From Phoronis australis (taxonomy: Eukaryota; Animalia; Phoronida), in assembly GCA_002633005.1 (NCBI GenBank), contig NMRA01000737.1:108811-172810 (forward strand): a stretch of 64,000 nt of DNA. Direction: 5' to 3'. Positions 1 to 12,052 of this stretch are shown piece by piece (within the stretch, counting starts at the first letter, position 1; each line of letters opens with the position of its first letter). The translations under genes were made by a program, and so were the position numbers. The notes beneath the pieces were generated by a model, which saw nothing but the letters and a program-made list of their open reading frames with translations, was not told the origin of the DNA and did not search any database.

Positions 1-114
1 TGCCAGGCTTTTTAGTACACAAAGATCATTGCTTTGAAATAATCTAGCTACTCTTGCGCCATCTGTCATATTCGCCAGCCAAAAGTACTTTAGGCTTGTC
101 AGCTCTGCCTTTAG

Positions 115-191
115 TCGACTTTTGGAGTATTGAATCTTCGGAGTAGTGAACCTTCGGAGTTATGAACTTTCATAGTAGTGACGCGTAACCC
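115..191. repeat. Probable end of a MITE with ~16-bp subterminal tandem units (TTCGGAGTAGTGAACC-like, x4)
   Basis: Four degenerate 16-bp units followed by GTAGTGACGCGTAACCCG; the partner end was not seen in the window. Confidence 0.45.
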
Positions 192-866
192 GTACAGCAC
201 GACCCCTGCCTCATGCCTTGGGTGCTAGCTTTGGGTCACGCCTTTCCGGATCGGAAGTCATTTTCGACCTTGCTTGCTCTTGTATCCCTACAGGTATTCC
301 CCGTTGGCACCAATTGCAAACCCCGGTAACCACAAAATTTTATAGGGCCCGTACATGTATGCTTAGTGATGCATTTCCTTTCCATTCAAAGCGTTAAACC
401 ACATAATGAGTTTCGTCAATTGAACGATATGCATGTAATTAAAATATAAAATTTGATAACTTTCACCCCTATTTGTGTTTGTCTTATTTTACTATTATTT
501 TTTTACTTTCTTTAAAAAATGAAGGAAGTATCCGAAACACTCGTCAGCTGTCGTAACCAATGCTTTGAGGCTGATTGATATGTACGTGTATCGTACATCT
601 AAGGAGAAATGATGTAGTTTTATACAAAATGTCACAAGAAATGGTCCAGATTGTACGCAGTTTCCAACTTTCATTGCTAATAAGTGTAAATGACTAAGAA
701 CATGTAGAGGGATTTTGTAACAATTGCATATTTTTATGTAACAACTTTATGTGACTAGCTTATGTGTCCTACTGCTAATCAAAGGTAGTCTTAAAACTAT
801 TAACAAGAGATTTCCATGGTAACAAGTAGCAGCATATGTTGATAAAACCAACAATGGATATAAACC

Positions 867-910
867 AGTTGACATGTTTCGGCGTTTATAAAAACACCAT
901 CCTCAGAAGC
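867..910 (-). ncRNA. Minimal type I hammerhead ribozyme motif (PLE-associated)
   Basis: Minus strand reads GCTT CTGAGGA T GGTGTTT-TTAT-AAACGCC GAAA CATG TC AACT: CUGANGA and GAAA core, 7-bp stem II, palindromic ACATGT stem III; stem I is partly decayed. Confidence 0.75.
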
Positions 911-1155
911 ATAAACAATGGCTACCTTACTAAGCCCAACAACAAGTAATGATACACAGACAGTCAGTTACAGTGACCACTTGACTAAGCCCAACAACAA
1001 GTAATGATACACAGACCGTCAGTTACAGGAGTGTAACAGCTGACTAGACTAACAATGACCACCAGGTGGTGTGTCACGTGCCTATTGAGACTGGGCTTAC
1101 ACCATTCGCCATTTGAAAACCCGAACCAGGGAACACCTAAATTCTGACAGAAGAG

Positions 1156-1300
1156 CAGTTGCGGATTTAGAGGGCGGCCAAGAGGGCCATGGCCTCCCTA
1201 AAATTCTCCTAGATTCCATTAGGCAGTTCAGCGGGAGTGCGAATCCTGGCTAATATTCTGCCCTGGTCCCCCCTAATTCAAAATCGTGGATCCGCCCCTG
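1156..1300. mobile_element. Short MITE with CAG(G/T)GGCGGA-type TIR, inserted in the Penelope remnant
   Basis: CAGTTGCGGATT...TCCGCCCCTG with flanks AAGAG/AAGTG; clearly homologous to 62478-62626. Confidence 0.8.
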
Positions 1301-1545
1301 AAGTGCACATGTTAATATTCATCTACAGAGTTACAGTGTATGAGCAATGCTCTTTCATTGACTTTGCTGTAACAGACCAATCAGAAACAACAATGGAGCT
1401 GAAAATTCGTGAGGCTCTACGCATTAATTGGCTTCACTAGGCAACTGGCACACCACAGGATGTCATGCTATTCTAGTCTCTTGTTACTGTCTGTGTCTGT
1501 GTATCGTTACTTGTTGTTGGGCGTAGCAAGGTGGCCACTGTTTTT

Positions 1546-1589
1546 GCTTCTGAGGATAGTGTTTTAATAAACGAAGAAACGTGTCAAGC
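1546..1589 (+). ncRNA. Minimal type I hammerhead ribozyme motif, second copy
   Basis: GCTT CTGAGGA TAGTGTTTTAATAAACGAA GAAA CGTG TC AAGC: stem I (GCTT/AAGC) and core intact, stem II degenerate. Confidence 0.65.
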
Positions 1590-3141
1590 TGATTTAAATC
1601 CATTGTTGTTTTTTATTCATGGTGACTAGAGATCATTAATTAATATTATTAATGGAAAATTTAGACAGCAATTTCGACAAGCTATGGGAAAAGTTGGCTA
1701 CATGAATTTTGCGAAAACAACTGACAATCAAAATCATTAAAACAGTATTTTCTTTAAAGTTAAAGTCACGTGTACAACATATGACGGCAAAAGTGTTTGA
1801 AGTTGCACTGTAGTTCAATAGTACATTAAATTACCGGAATTTCCGTATCTATGTCGCTTCTCGAAAGTGCAGAAGTATTTATCAAAAAACACATTTTCGA
1901 GTCTGATTTTGATGTGCAAGTTTTCTACGCACACCTTACTCTTCATCAACGATGCTTTCCTAAACACGACCTTCAAAGAAATTCTATTATTGGAATTCTT
2001 TGTAGGGAAATTATCAATATTTTATCGCTATAAAACTATCGAGAATACCAGTTTTGGATAGTTTGCTGCTAATGATCGTCAAATTCGTCACACTTTTCAA
2101 AGGCGTCAATGCTTGTTGTTTCTTTAAATACAATCCACCATTTGGTACTGCTGTGTTTGACGTGAGTATGGTTTGTATTTTTAACCAATTGGAAAGTGTG
2201 CATAGAGCACTTCCTCTCTGGTATTCCTATGCACGTGTCACCCTTTACTATGAAAAGCTATGCCATTAAAAACTGGAAAAGAATGGCAGCCAATTCCATC
2301 ATCGGATAACCCTCCGAGAGGTGACCTTCCTTATCCTATAAAACTGCGCGATTTCAGCGAAAGCGAAATAATTGATTGCGTCATTAGAGGCCCTCCGTGA
2401 GCGGTCCCTTAAGAAGGATGTCATATAACTAAAAAAAGAATGGACTTAGATGAAATCAATGGGTCCCCACCAAGAGCGTGTGAAGGTGAAATGAGCAGCA
2501 ATTGATGCTATCGCCAGGGCTCCAGACCGCCAGGTTCCCAAAGTTGCACGCGCTTTCAAAACACGGAAGAAAGAAAGAGACAAACTATTTAATGTCTTCT
2601 TGAGTTTAAAAATTAGAATCAATTTGAATTTGACAATTTCTGAATAGAAAATTTTCTCGGATTTTTGAAGCATGTGATTAAAATCACGTTCAAGGCGCTC
2701 GATGCTTCGATTTTGGGGCTGAATGAGGAAAACGGAAGGCTTTGATGAGCCGGATGCACGTACACAAACCGTGCATGTTTGTGACAGCATTAGGTATATG
2801 TACATGGAAGCGCACTTTTTACTAAGAAACAACAGCCATTTGTATGAAATTAAATTTATTTGAAACCTCACATATATAGCTGCATGCACATATCTTATTT
2901 AAAATGACATTTTCCGTTATAAAATCGGCCTTCTCTTGTTCCTTTTTAATAATTGCTTGACTTTAAAAGATCTGATATTTCACGATTATTTCAGAGCACG
3001 CCCAATTACTTCCTTGTCACGGCGAGTTAGTCTCAGTTGTCAAAGCAGTAGGGACGTCAATTGGGCGGTCCCAGATAGAAATACCATCTCTTCCTTAGAG
3101 GTACAAAAATAAGTTATTGCACTGGTCTCTTTTTACAAATG

Positions 3142-3261
3142 TCAGGTTGATTCCAGGAATAGTGCCAGAAAATATCCAACCCACGGATACTTCTCAAGTT
3201 TATCCGACATTCTTCCATCGGAGTTGCATCCAACAGCACCGCAGTAACACTTCGCTGGCAT
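3142..3261 (-). pseudogene. Possible THAP-domain N-terminal remnant (transposon-derived)
   Basis: MPAKCYCGAVGCNSDG resembles the M-x-x-C-x-V-x-GC start of THAP domains; the later motifs were not recovered. Confidence 0.4.
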
Positions 3262-4743
3262 TAGAAGTGGAATACAGTTTGTGAATAAAACTTGAAAAAT
3301 TAAAGCACTGTCAAATAACGTGTTAGACTCCAATGACGCCAAAACGAGGCTAGGGACAACTGCTCGACAGATGATGAGCATTTTGTGCATGTAGATACCA
3401 CGTGATCCAGGACTTTTCTATTCCTGCCGATTTATCACAACCAACTTTAATTCAAACAAAGGGCAGGAGTGTGATGGCGTTGAGTTGGAAGATCAAATAT
3501 TTTTGAGAAGATGGTGACACAGTTATAGCAGCTCTGATTTTAATAATATCTAAGAATTTGACGATTATGATGTCACAGACAGAGAACGCAGTAGTAAAAT
3601 CACCAGTCTGATATGTCTCCAATCGAAGTCACATGGATTTTCGATAATATTTTTTTCCATTTTTTGCCAAATAATCGCCATAATTAACCACTTTCCGATT
3701 TCCAAAGGGTTGCCACGTTGGTACAAACGCAAATATTTTGAACTTCATAAAAACGCTTTGAGTAGTGACGCGGTTACTAAATCTATTTGTCTATACCAAG
3801 CTCTAGCCTATTTACATTAGCACAACGTTTCGGACAGTCATTTTCGGTCATCCTATTACATTCTTAGAAGAACGAGCTCGGACATCTGGTACACTTATTG
3901 CAGTCAATGATTAGAATTTTTTCAAAACTGCAATTCCATAAAAAGAACTGACTATTGACCATCATAGGTGTATTGGATATCGGTGCTGTGAAGGCTGCAA
4001 CACCTGAAAGACGCATGGAACGCAAAAACTTGTAAAAATACCTTTTACTGAACAGATCGTGACGAATCTACACCTTGGAAATGCTAACGTGAGAGTTATT
4101 CACTTTAAATATTGAAAGAATTTCTAGAAAAAGATAGTCAGATTCATTATTTTTGAAACATAGAAGAAATATAAAGTCGTTCATACCATATTAGGGAAAT
4201 GTGGTACTTCTATGTCTTGACATACCAAATAAGGAGAAGTGCTTTGCCGTGTTGAGAGAAAATGGAGATGTGACAAGCAGTTGACAGGTCGTTTTTGAAA
4301 TTTGAAACAAAAGGGAAAATGCCTTGTCATCAACAGAAATTCAAAAATCCTTATGAACAACTGGCGCAAGTACCTAGTGAACAATCTGACCAGTGTGTCA
4401 GTGGCAGGTAACCACTTTGCATCACGCAGATTTGTCTGTTCCATACCACTTGAAGATGCCTGAAGAAATGACCGTCCTCTACGCGTTAGTGTAAATAGAC
4501 TAATAGATTTACAGATCCATGGGGTGTCGATCACTGCTCCGCAAGTGCGACAGGAACGACATAAAGATCCCCAATAATAAAATGATTCATGTGTCCAACG
4601 GATTTTGCTTCTCAGAAGACGTGGTACCCAAGCATAGTCAGTTTTAAGTTATATCAGCTCTGGGAAATCGTGAATCGCGTCCCTTCTTACGAGGAACCCT
4701 TGGCATCACGTCTTCGCATGTCACGTCTTCACATATCACGTCT

Positions 4744-4889
4744 TCACATATCGTCGATCTCCTCTACTATTATCCTGGACGAGGAACCAAAGCCCGTGCG
4801 TGCATTGCCAATTGGATGGGTTCGGCACGGTCCAACACAAAGCGCTACTGACACATTACCTCTAGGAATGCCCGAACACATGCCTTCAA
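4744..4889 (-). CDS. CTHRC1: CTHRC1-like gene A, terminal coding exon
   Basis: TTTTCAG acceptor, phase 1; (F)[47 protein letters not shown], matching the CTHRC1 C-terminus (VEGLCEGI...VGTC...GDASTGW...SRIIIEEL). Confidence 0.93.
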
Positions 4890-6423
4890 CTGAAAACAGA
4901 GAGAACAGTTACATGATATGCTGTCCCATGAGTGTACATTTAAGTAATTTAAATCGCTTATTTCATTCTTTCTAACTTCACTCTGACGCAATAATGTAAC
5001 ATTAATGTACTTAACAAATGTCGAGCTGCCTTGAAATCGCAGTTCAACTGTAAGTTAACAGTCTATTTGAATTTTGTGTTGTTTTCATAGCTCACAACGA
5101 ACATCGGACAACTCGTGCATAAGGCAGATTCAAGTCTTAGATCGCTATTACGTGGATGATTCAACTGCGAAGTGTATTATTGAACGTGTAATCAAGGTAT
5201 TCTTCAAAGTAATTACTTTGAAAAATGCACGATGTAGAAAAAGACACTGGTTTACGTCCACCACACCTCTGACGCTGTCAGGAAACAATTGTGTTGTTAA
5301 ATTCTTGTTAATTTCGGAATTGACACATCTGCTTTACGCTTGCCGTCCTCACAAAAGAAAGAGGACGAAAATAAGACGAGTTTGCTACATGATCTTCTAC
5401 GTCACAAGAATACAGCAATTTGTCAGCACAGGATTGTTTCTCGAAGAGTGTATTGTCTTTTGCCTAAAGTTAAGTCCATGAATGTCTTAGCCTGTTTCAG
5501 AAAATCAGGCAAAAGTAGGAAAATTTGTCTACAACTTGAAGCTAAAACATGAAAATCATAAGCCTGCTTGGGGGTGGGGGGGGCAAACTAAAGACCGAAG
5601 TCAAAAGAAAAAGTGTACTTTTTGGCAATAAACTCTTCGAGAAATAGGCGACTGATAGCGGTTGTTGTTTATTGCGTTATTCGGAGACGAAACAGTTGAC
5701 TTCTCTGAGACCTTATGGTCAGGTTTATTAGCGTTATCCTTATCCTCGTTGTCGAATCTACCGATAACAAGGTTGTTTTGTCTACGTACTCTAATTCTAA
5801 GACTCGTCCGGCAAGTTAACTACAATCAGACTAGTCGCTGATGGACCAATTGGGGAGTCTCATTTGTTTTCAGAGTACGGACAGTGTTACATCACCAAGT
5901 AAGCTGTTGTTAGGAAACCTAATTGGGCCTATTGGACATTTTATGATACAGTTTCTCTTATCAGAACCATTTAATAGCAAATCACTAGACCTGCAACAGT
6001 GAACAATTTGCAAGTAGGTTTTAATGTTCGACAGACGTCTGGAGTGATGTCAAGGGCTTCAGCTCTATTTCAGAGATGAAAAATGTTGCCGAAAACAGTT
6101 CTTGTGAGAAATCTCAAGCACTACGACAGCTGTTTACATTGAATAATGAACGGAGCAGTGCACGTGCACGTACCGGATCGCCCGACACTTAATTCCTGTT
6201 GTCTGTGTCCGTATTCAAAGATTACACACCTATAACTCATTTTTTCTTGTCTTGAATGATCTCTTTCTCGTGCACCATAAGTACTAGCATTTTTTGTTGG
6301 CATGACCCTGCCAGTTTTTCCAAGTAGCTGCCCTCTTGGCTCTCCTTTCGAACACAGGCTGTAGCAAGGGTTTTGATTAGTCAAAATCTGAATGGCCAAT
6401 CACCACGAGATGTTAATACTTAC

Positions 6424-6616
6424 AATAAATCGACTTAAGCATGCTGTCAGCCGTGTCCTGATAGTGTGCTACTTCAATCTTTCCCGGTTCAATGCATTCC
6501 GAGCCGTTCAGTGTAAAATACCAACGGCTGCACACGCTAGCTTCTTCCACCCCGATATTACCAGAAAAAGCCACACTCAGCTGGGTGTTTGAATTCCTTT
6601 TATAAAAGTGAAATTC
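6424..6616 (-). CDS. CTHRC1: CTHRC1-like gene A, internal exon (C-terminal globular domain)
   Basis: TTTCAG|...|GTAAGT, 193 nt, phase 0/1; EFHFYKRNSNTQLSVAFSGNIGVEEASVCSRWYFTLNGSECIEPGKIEVAHYQDTADSMLKSIY contains the RWYFTxNGxEC signature. Confidence 0.93.
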
Positions 6617-7233
6617 CTGAAACAGTTGCATCAAATTAGGAACACTAGTTGGGGTTGAATAAATTTGATAGGACCCCAACTGGTGTGCTGACAGTTCTTT
6701 TTCAAAATGTCACATTTCGTCATATAACGGGTAATCCATAAGAAGATCTTGGCACATTAGGAGAGAGAGTGGAAGATGGGTACACGGTATGGTGAGGGAG
6801 GGAGTGGGAGACAGGCGATGCATAACAAGGATTAGCCGCGAGGAGGAGAAAACAGCGGAGTACATGAAGGAGTGGTGGTGTTGGGATCACGGAAAGGAAG
6901 AATGATTGTGGTACATGTATACAAGAATGGCTTTTCTGACATTTCCCATGTAATTAATAGCTTGGAGAGCTCAATAGTTGAGGTGTGGCGCTGACGAAGA
7001 GATCCGCAAATCAGCTACCTCCTTCAAGTGTCATTGAACTAACCTCAAAGCTCATTGCCGATTACCATCAAAGGGAAGTGGTTTGTAAAATATGCCAGTT
7101 AAGCTAGTTCTTTCAAGAGGTTTCTTATTTTATCGGGGGTAGCTTTTCGTCTGCGCCATCACCTGGTACACGTGAACATAGCGCGCAGCGGTTTTAATAA
7201 CATGCGCCTCTCTAGGTTTTCTGTCTATGCTAC

Positions 7234-7304
7234 CTTAAGTATGCCTCTTCTCATTGTTTGTTCACCAGTCCACGTAAACTGTCGTAAGTGTCTTGAATGA
7301 TAAC
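7234..7304 (-). CDS. CTHRC1: CTHRC1-like gene A, short internal exon
   Basis: TTTCAG|GT TAT...AAG|GTAGCA, 71 nt, phase 1/0; (G)YHSRHLRQFTWTGEQTMRRGILK aligns to CTHRC1 NYKQCSW...LGKIA, and its phases join both neighbouring exons. Confidence 0.85.
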
Positions 7305-9317
7305 CTGAAATATGTACATGTATAGAACTATAGGTATATAAGAAGTTTGTCAACCAACTGAGAACAGAGATGTAAATCTTACTTTGACCACGACTTGCGC
7401 AACATCCATCAGTAGCGCCATGATTTCCTTCACCACAAAACACCACTTGCATTATTTTCTAATTGTTGCTATCACTATTGTGATGTTACACGTCTTTTTG
7501 GGATTTCGCGTTAAGTACTACTCTTTGCACAAAGACTACAACGTAAAATGCGTAAATTTAATTAATTTTTATCCAAGGCAAGCTGTGAAGCGCCCCCAAC
7601 AACTATACGTTTTATGATATTTGCGTTCACAGAACAACCCCAATGGCTATCAATGATGTCAAAACAGATTCCACTCTTAAAATTTGTGTGATATTTAACT
7701 TCAGCGCTACTCGTGATCGTAATCCATTCTGTTCCATGTCCTTTTATCCATTTTACAACCTCTAAAAAGAGACTCCAGGTTCAACAATAGTTAAAATGCG
7801 ATTTTGAATACCCGATATCTTGCACACAATTTAACTCGCCAAAATTATGTCCAAGGTCTTCAACTGAAGACACAGTAGTGGGTTTAGGAAGTGTCTCATT
7901 TCAAAAGTTGAATTGCACCCTCTGCTTTATCCAAAATGTAAGAACAACGCAACTACTGGCAATGAAAAAATAAATGTCCCCGCGCAATAGCAACAGTTGT
8001 TGGGAGCTTGGGTTACAACTGCTCAATTTCACTCTGACAGCAAAAAAGCGAACTCGAATTGATACCTTTGTATAACAACAACACCTTTTAAATGGATTCC
8101 TTCTTGTGTTATATATAAAAATTCACTTGTTCTAAGAAATGTGATCTTGGGTAACAAAGATAGGCAATTAAACCGAACAGCATATTTTGTTCTAATCAGT
8201 GTGTCAGAATAAATATTGATTAAGTAATTAGTAAGAACTGATTCAATTTAAGTTGCCCAAAATTTGTTCATATGTACTTTTAAATTATGGGGTCAAACTT
8301 GTTGACATGTGCTTTAACGTCAAAATCTATTTTTAAACAGCTTTGGATTCTGGTGTCAAAGCACTCTAGAGATTCTAGAAATTTCTGAGAACAAACAGTA
8401 ACAGCCAATGACATGATCGGATATGATCAGCCAATCGCTGAATAAATAGAATATTATAGTATGGGCTAAAATCAAGAAGATATTCAGATGCGCTATAGTA
8501 GTTGAAACATAGACTTGCTATAGTGTACAGAGAAAATTGTACGACAGAGCCATCTCGTGGAAGATTCTAGAAAGGATCTTGGCAAGGGCAAGGGTTAGGT
8601 GGCACTGAATAGTTAGGCTGTGGCCGCGGCCACTTTGCACAACCAAAATATTAAAATCTAGGGGTAGGCCAGGCTTGGGGGCATTTTTAGTTAGGTATTG
8701 TATGTAGGCCAAATGTGTTTTTTATTTTTTGCATTTGTGAACATACTGAGAATGAAAAAAGGTCACTTTCTCGGCTGTAGCTGCCCTCTTCTTCAAGATG
8801 GTGGCTCCTGTTGAAATTGTGTATTGCTGTATAGCAACTGAGAAATTGGCAGCGATTTCAGGTAGCCCTCAAACAAGACAGATTTGCAAAAAAATAGTTG
8901 GTTGACAGTACTTTTGGACTACATTTTTGGAATCGGTAGGAAATTTGCTTTCGGAATCTAATGTTGGCTTTAGTCGAGCATCGGCAGGGAAATGGTGATT
9001 TTGGGGTGAAAAGTGCCGATTTTGCATTTTTGCCCTTATTTTTCTTAGTTCAGCTTGGTTTCCACTGGCAGTGAAAGGGTAAAAAATACAAGAGATAATA
9101 AAGTTTCTAAGCTCATCTGTAGGACTTGTGATTTGAAATGACTCAAAACATTTCTTTATTTACATGCAGTTTTTGACAGAGTGAAGAAAGGGTGAAGAGT
9201 GCATTGGCGTGTGTTGAGATAGGCAAATCCCTGTGAGAACTGTTCAGTGCCTCCTTAACGAACAGGAAGTTAACTAAGAACTTGTCACTTGCTTCGTGGG
9301 TAGTAAGGTACTCCCTG

Positions 9318-9414
9318 AAGTGTTGCGTCACCAGAGACCGTGACCAGCAAGAAGAATCGTGGGTAGAAGAAACTGCCTGCAAGTGTTGCATCACCAGAGA
9401 CGGTGACCAGCAAG
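9318..9414. repeat. Short direct repeat (~34 bp x2)
   Basis: AAGTGTTGC(G/A)TCACCAGAGAC(C/G)GTGACCAGCAAG occurs at ~9318 and 9381. Confidence 0.8.
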
Positions 9415-10255
9415 TACACTGTCGTTATACAGTGTGTGTGTAGTTCGAAGATTTACCAACAGGACAGTCATCCCACAAGCGCAGAGTCCTAGCTTGGATA
9501 GCATATAAAACACTTGATTATTTTGATTGATTGATTCAAGTAGTGTTTAAAGAGGGCGCTAGCGTAGTTACTCTTCTTTGTAGTTGGTTACTTAATAATT
9601 AACAACAGGTTTAACTTGTCTAATTAGGGGTTATCATATGATAAATTAATTACTGGATTTGGTTATTCACTCTCCATCTACGCACAATCTCAAAGCATAG
9701 CTACCTTTTAAACAAACCCACAGTCAATCTCTGAAACTGTGGTTGGATTGAAAATTGGTGATGCGACATTTCTATAGTGTTTTTGCAAAAATAAAGTTCT
9801 TACGATAACTGTTGAAATGGTGCGGCAATACTTTATCTTGTTTAACTCTGCTCAAACCACCCTTAGTGACGTCATCGGATTTTGTGTACAATGGTCAACA
9901 GGGGTGTACGGAACCCCAATAGGGCCATTTTGAAGGCCGCCAGATAATTAGGGGCGCGCACATTTTCTGTTACAAATATTCTGATTCACATCCATAGTGA
10001 CGATAGCGCTGCGTTGAAAAACCACAACGTTAAAAACAAAGTTCTTAGTGTTTGAAAAAATGAAACCACGAAATGTTGGCATAGAATATAGGCGTACGCT
10101 TTCTCGCTATTATCTCTAGAAATGAGTAGGGTGCACACCAGAAACAAGTATGATTTTCCGTCACTTCAATCTTAACAAAACGGTAAAAATGAGCGACCCA
10201 ATCACCTTGAAAGCTCTTTACAGTACCTTCAATTACTACCGACTCTGTTACGTAC

Positions 10256-10571
10256 CCGCCTGACCATGTTCTCCTACATCGCCTACTCTGCCTTTTACTC
10301 CCGGATCTCCTCTTGACCCTTGATCACCCGGATGTCCAGGCAAGCCCACGAGACCATGAAGTCCGTCTAATCCCGGTACACCGTTACGAGAGGTACCCGG
10401 GCGTCCCTTGTTCCCTTTCAAGCCTCTTCTCCCATGTGGGCTGTTATTTCCTGCTTCACCCTTCACTCCAGGGTCACCCGCGTATCCCGCACAACCCTTG
10501 CGACCCTCACGACCGGACAAGCCGTCTCGGCCTTTCCTCCCAGATAGCCCCGCTGGGCAGTGGGTCATCAC
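10256..10571 (-). CDS. CTHRC1: CTHRC1-like gene A, collagen triple-helix exon
   Basis: TTTCTAG|GTG...GCG G|GTACGT; 31 Gly-X-Y triplets plus one Ser-X-Y and one 2-residue interruption; the phase-1 end matches the exon starting at 7304. Confidence 0.9.
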
Positions 10572-10932
10572 CTAGAAACAATGGAAATGTTCAATAATCA
10601 GTGACAGTTTGCTTTATTCCTTGTCTTCAAAATCTGATGGACTTTACACGATTACCCACCGCAAACCCTACCTTACAGACCTGTATATGTGTCGTATGAG
10701 ATAAGAGTACGTTGGATTTTACTTCGTGATTTGGACGGCAAATTGACATACGGCAGTAAAATCCAGAGCATAGACTTGTTGGATACGAGTCATCCATTGT
10801 GTTCTATAGGTGTAAAGACATTAGCACAACACATAAGGTGAGAAATCCTTGCTTTTGGACCGGAACAGACTCCAACCAAACTGGCCGCTAGGGTACGGTA
10901 CCGCGCACACTTGCGAGAAACTTGCCTTCCAC

Positions 10933-12052
10933 CACAGGCGCTTGGGTTCATCGCAAATGACGTCACTCAATAATATATATAAGAAAACATAAAGGTTGGA
11001 CACTTAAACTTTGCCAAGCCGAGGCTCCCAACTTCAACCGTCCAAAATCCAAATAAAATCTGCGTGCACCTCCCTCAGTCTGGTGTTGAATAAACCTTCG
11101 AAGCCTTATCTTTCCTAGATCCCATTAATTGTCTTCGTGAGTGGTGAATTGGCGATGGAATTTCCAAAACAATCGCAAAACTCTGAATTCAAGGACCTGA
11201 AATAGTAAACGTGGCGGATTTCAGTTGTGCTTCAACTTGTACGCCTGTCGTGGGTGAAACTTCGCGTTTTGAGCAAGCAACCTATATTTCAAATTCAATA
11301 ATTCTAATCCAAAACTCAACTAATTGAGAATGTTAAAGTTAGTATTTTAATGATTATTTGTAACTTTATTCCACTGACGGCTCATTTTAGCCCTTAACTT
11401 AGAAATTTATTACACAAACTGGCATATCTTGTTTCTCATCTTGACATCACGCACTTTTTTGATTGAAGCACAACACACACTCGGCTAGGAAACGCAGTCC
11501 GTGCCAGTATTACAATGCGCGTGGCCAACGAATTAACTCAATGGTTTTGGCCAAAAGTAAAACCTTCATAAGAAATCACAGTACACAAAAACTTCGCATA
11601 TCAATACAGTATCAGGATAATTTATATTTGACACTAATATGTTACATATTATATTTTATTGGCAATAAAGTGCTCTCTGCTTCTCATGATCAAGTAGTCG
11701 AGGGATTGATGATGAAAGCCGCGCGAAATTAAACTTTCGGATTTAGCTCGCGAGCGTCCATCAAAAACCCGGATGTGCGAAGACCGTCTGCCATGACATC
11801 ACGGAATCACTTCCTTGAATTTGTGATTTTGGCATTCTTTTGGCATTTTTGTCGCCAAATCACCACTCGAAGGCAATTTGAAGAGATCGAATGAAAGAAA
11901 GTATTCTAACAGTTGTTCTATGCTAGTTTCGTGGAGTTCCATCCACATTTGAGTAGAAAATTCTTAGCAAACAGATTTCGAGTGTCCAACCTTTATGTTT
12001 TCTTATATATATTATTGACTGACATCATTTGCAATAAACCCAAGCGCCTGTG
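10933..12052. mobile_element. Non-autonomous DNA transposon with long imperfect TIRs and an 8-bp TSD (P-element-like CA...TG ends)
   Basis: CACAGGCGCTTGGGTT... / ...AACCCAAGCGCCTGTG; close TIR match over ~70 bp with patchy similarity to ~250 bp; TSD CCTTCCAC at 10925-10932 and 12053-12060. Confidence 0.88.

Larger units (their letters stand above)
845..1612 (+). mobile_element. Penelope-like retroelement remnant: 3' part of GIY-YIG endonuclease plus pseudo-LTR, with an inverted pseudo-LTR copy upstream
   Basis: 1096-1155 reads AYTIRHLKTRTREHLNSDR and ~1348-1437 reads CSFIDFAVTDQSETTMELKIREALRINWLH, matching PLE GIY-YIG motifs (T-R-L-TR-EH ... LKIKEAL-I-W). 845-962 is an inverted copy of 1497-1612 and both copies carry hammerhead motifs. 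Confidence 0.8.

Noticed and set aside
4369-4460. Exon-like segment (ASSSGMEQTNLRDAKWLPATDTLVRLFT) downstream of gene A on the minus strand
   Set aside because: Plausible splice sites but no recognisable homology or partner exons; it may simply be 3' UTR.
9062-9082. piggyBac-like terminus (GGCAGTGAAAGGGT)
   Set aside because: No matching opposite end or intact TTAA found, so it cannot be delimited as an element.
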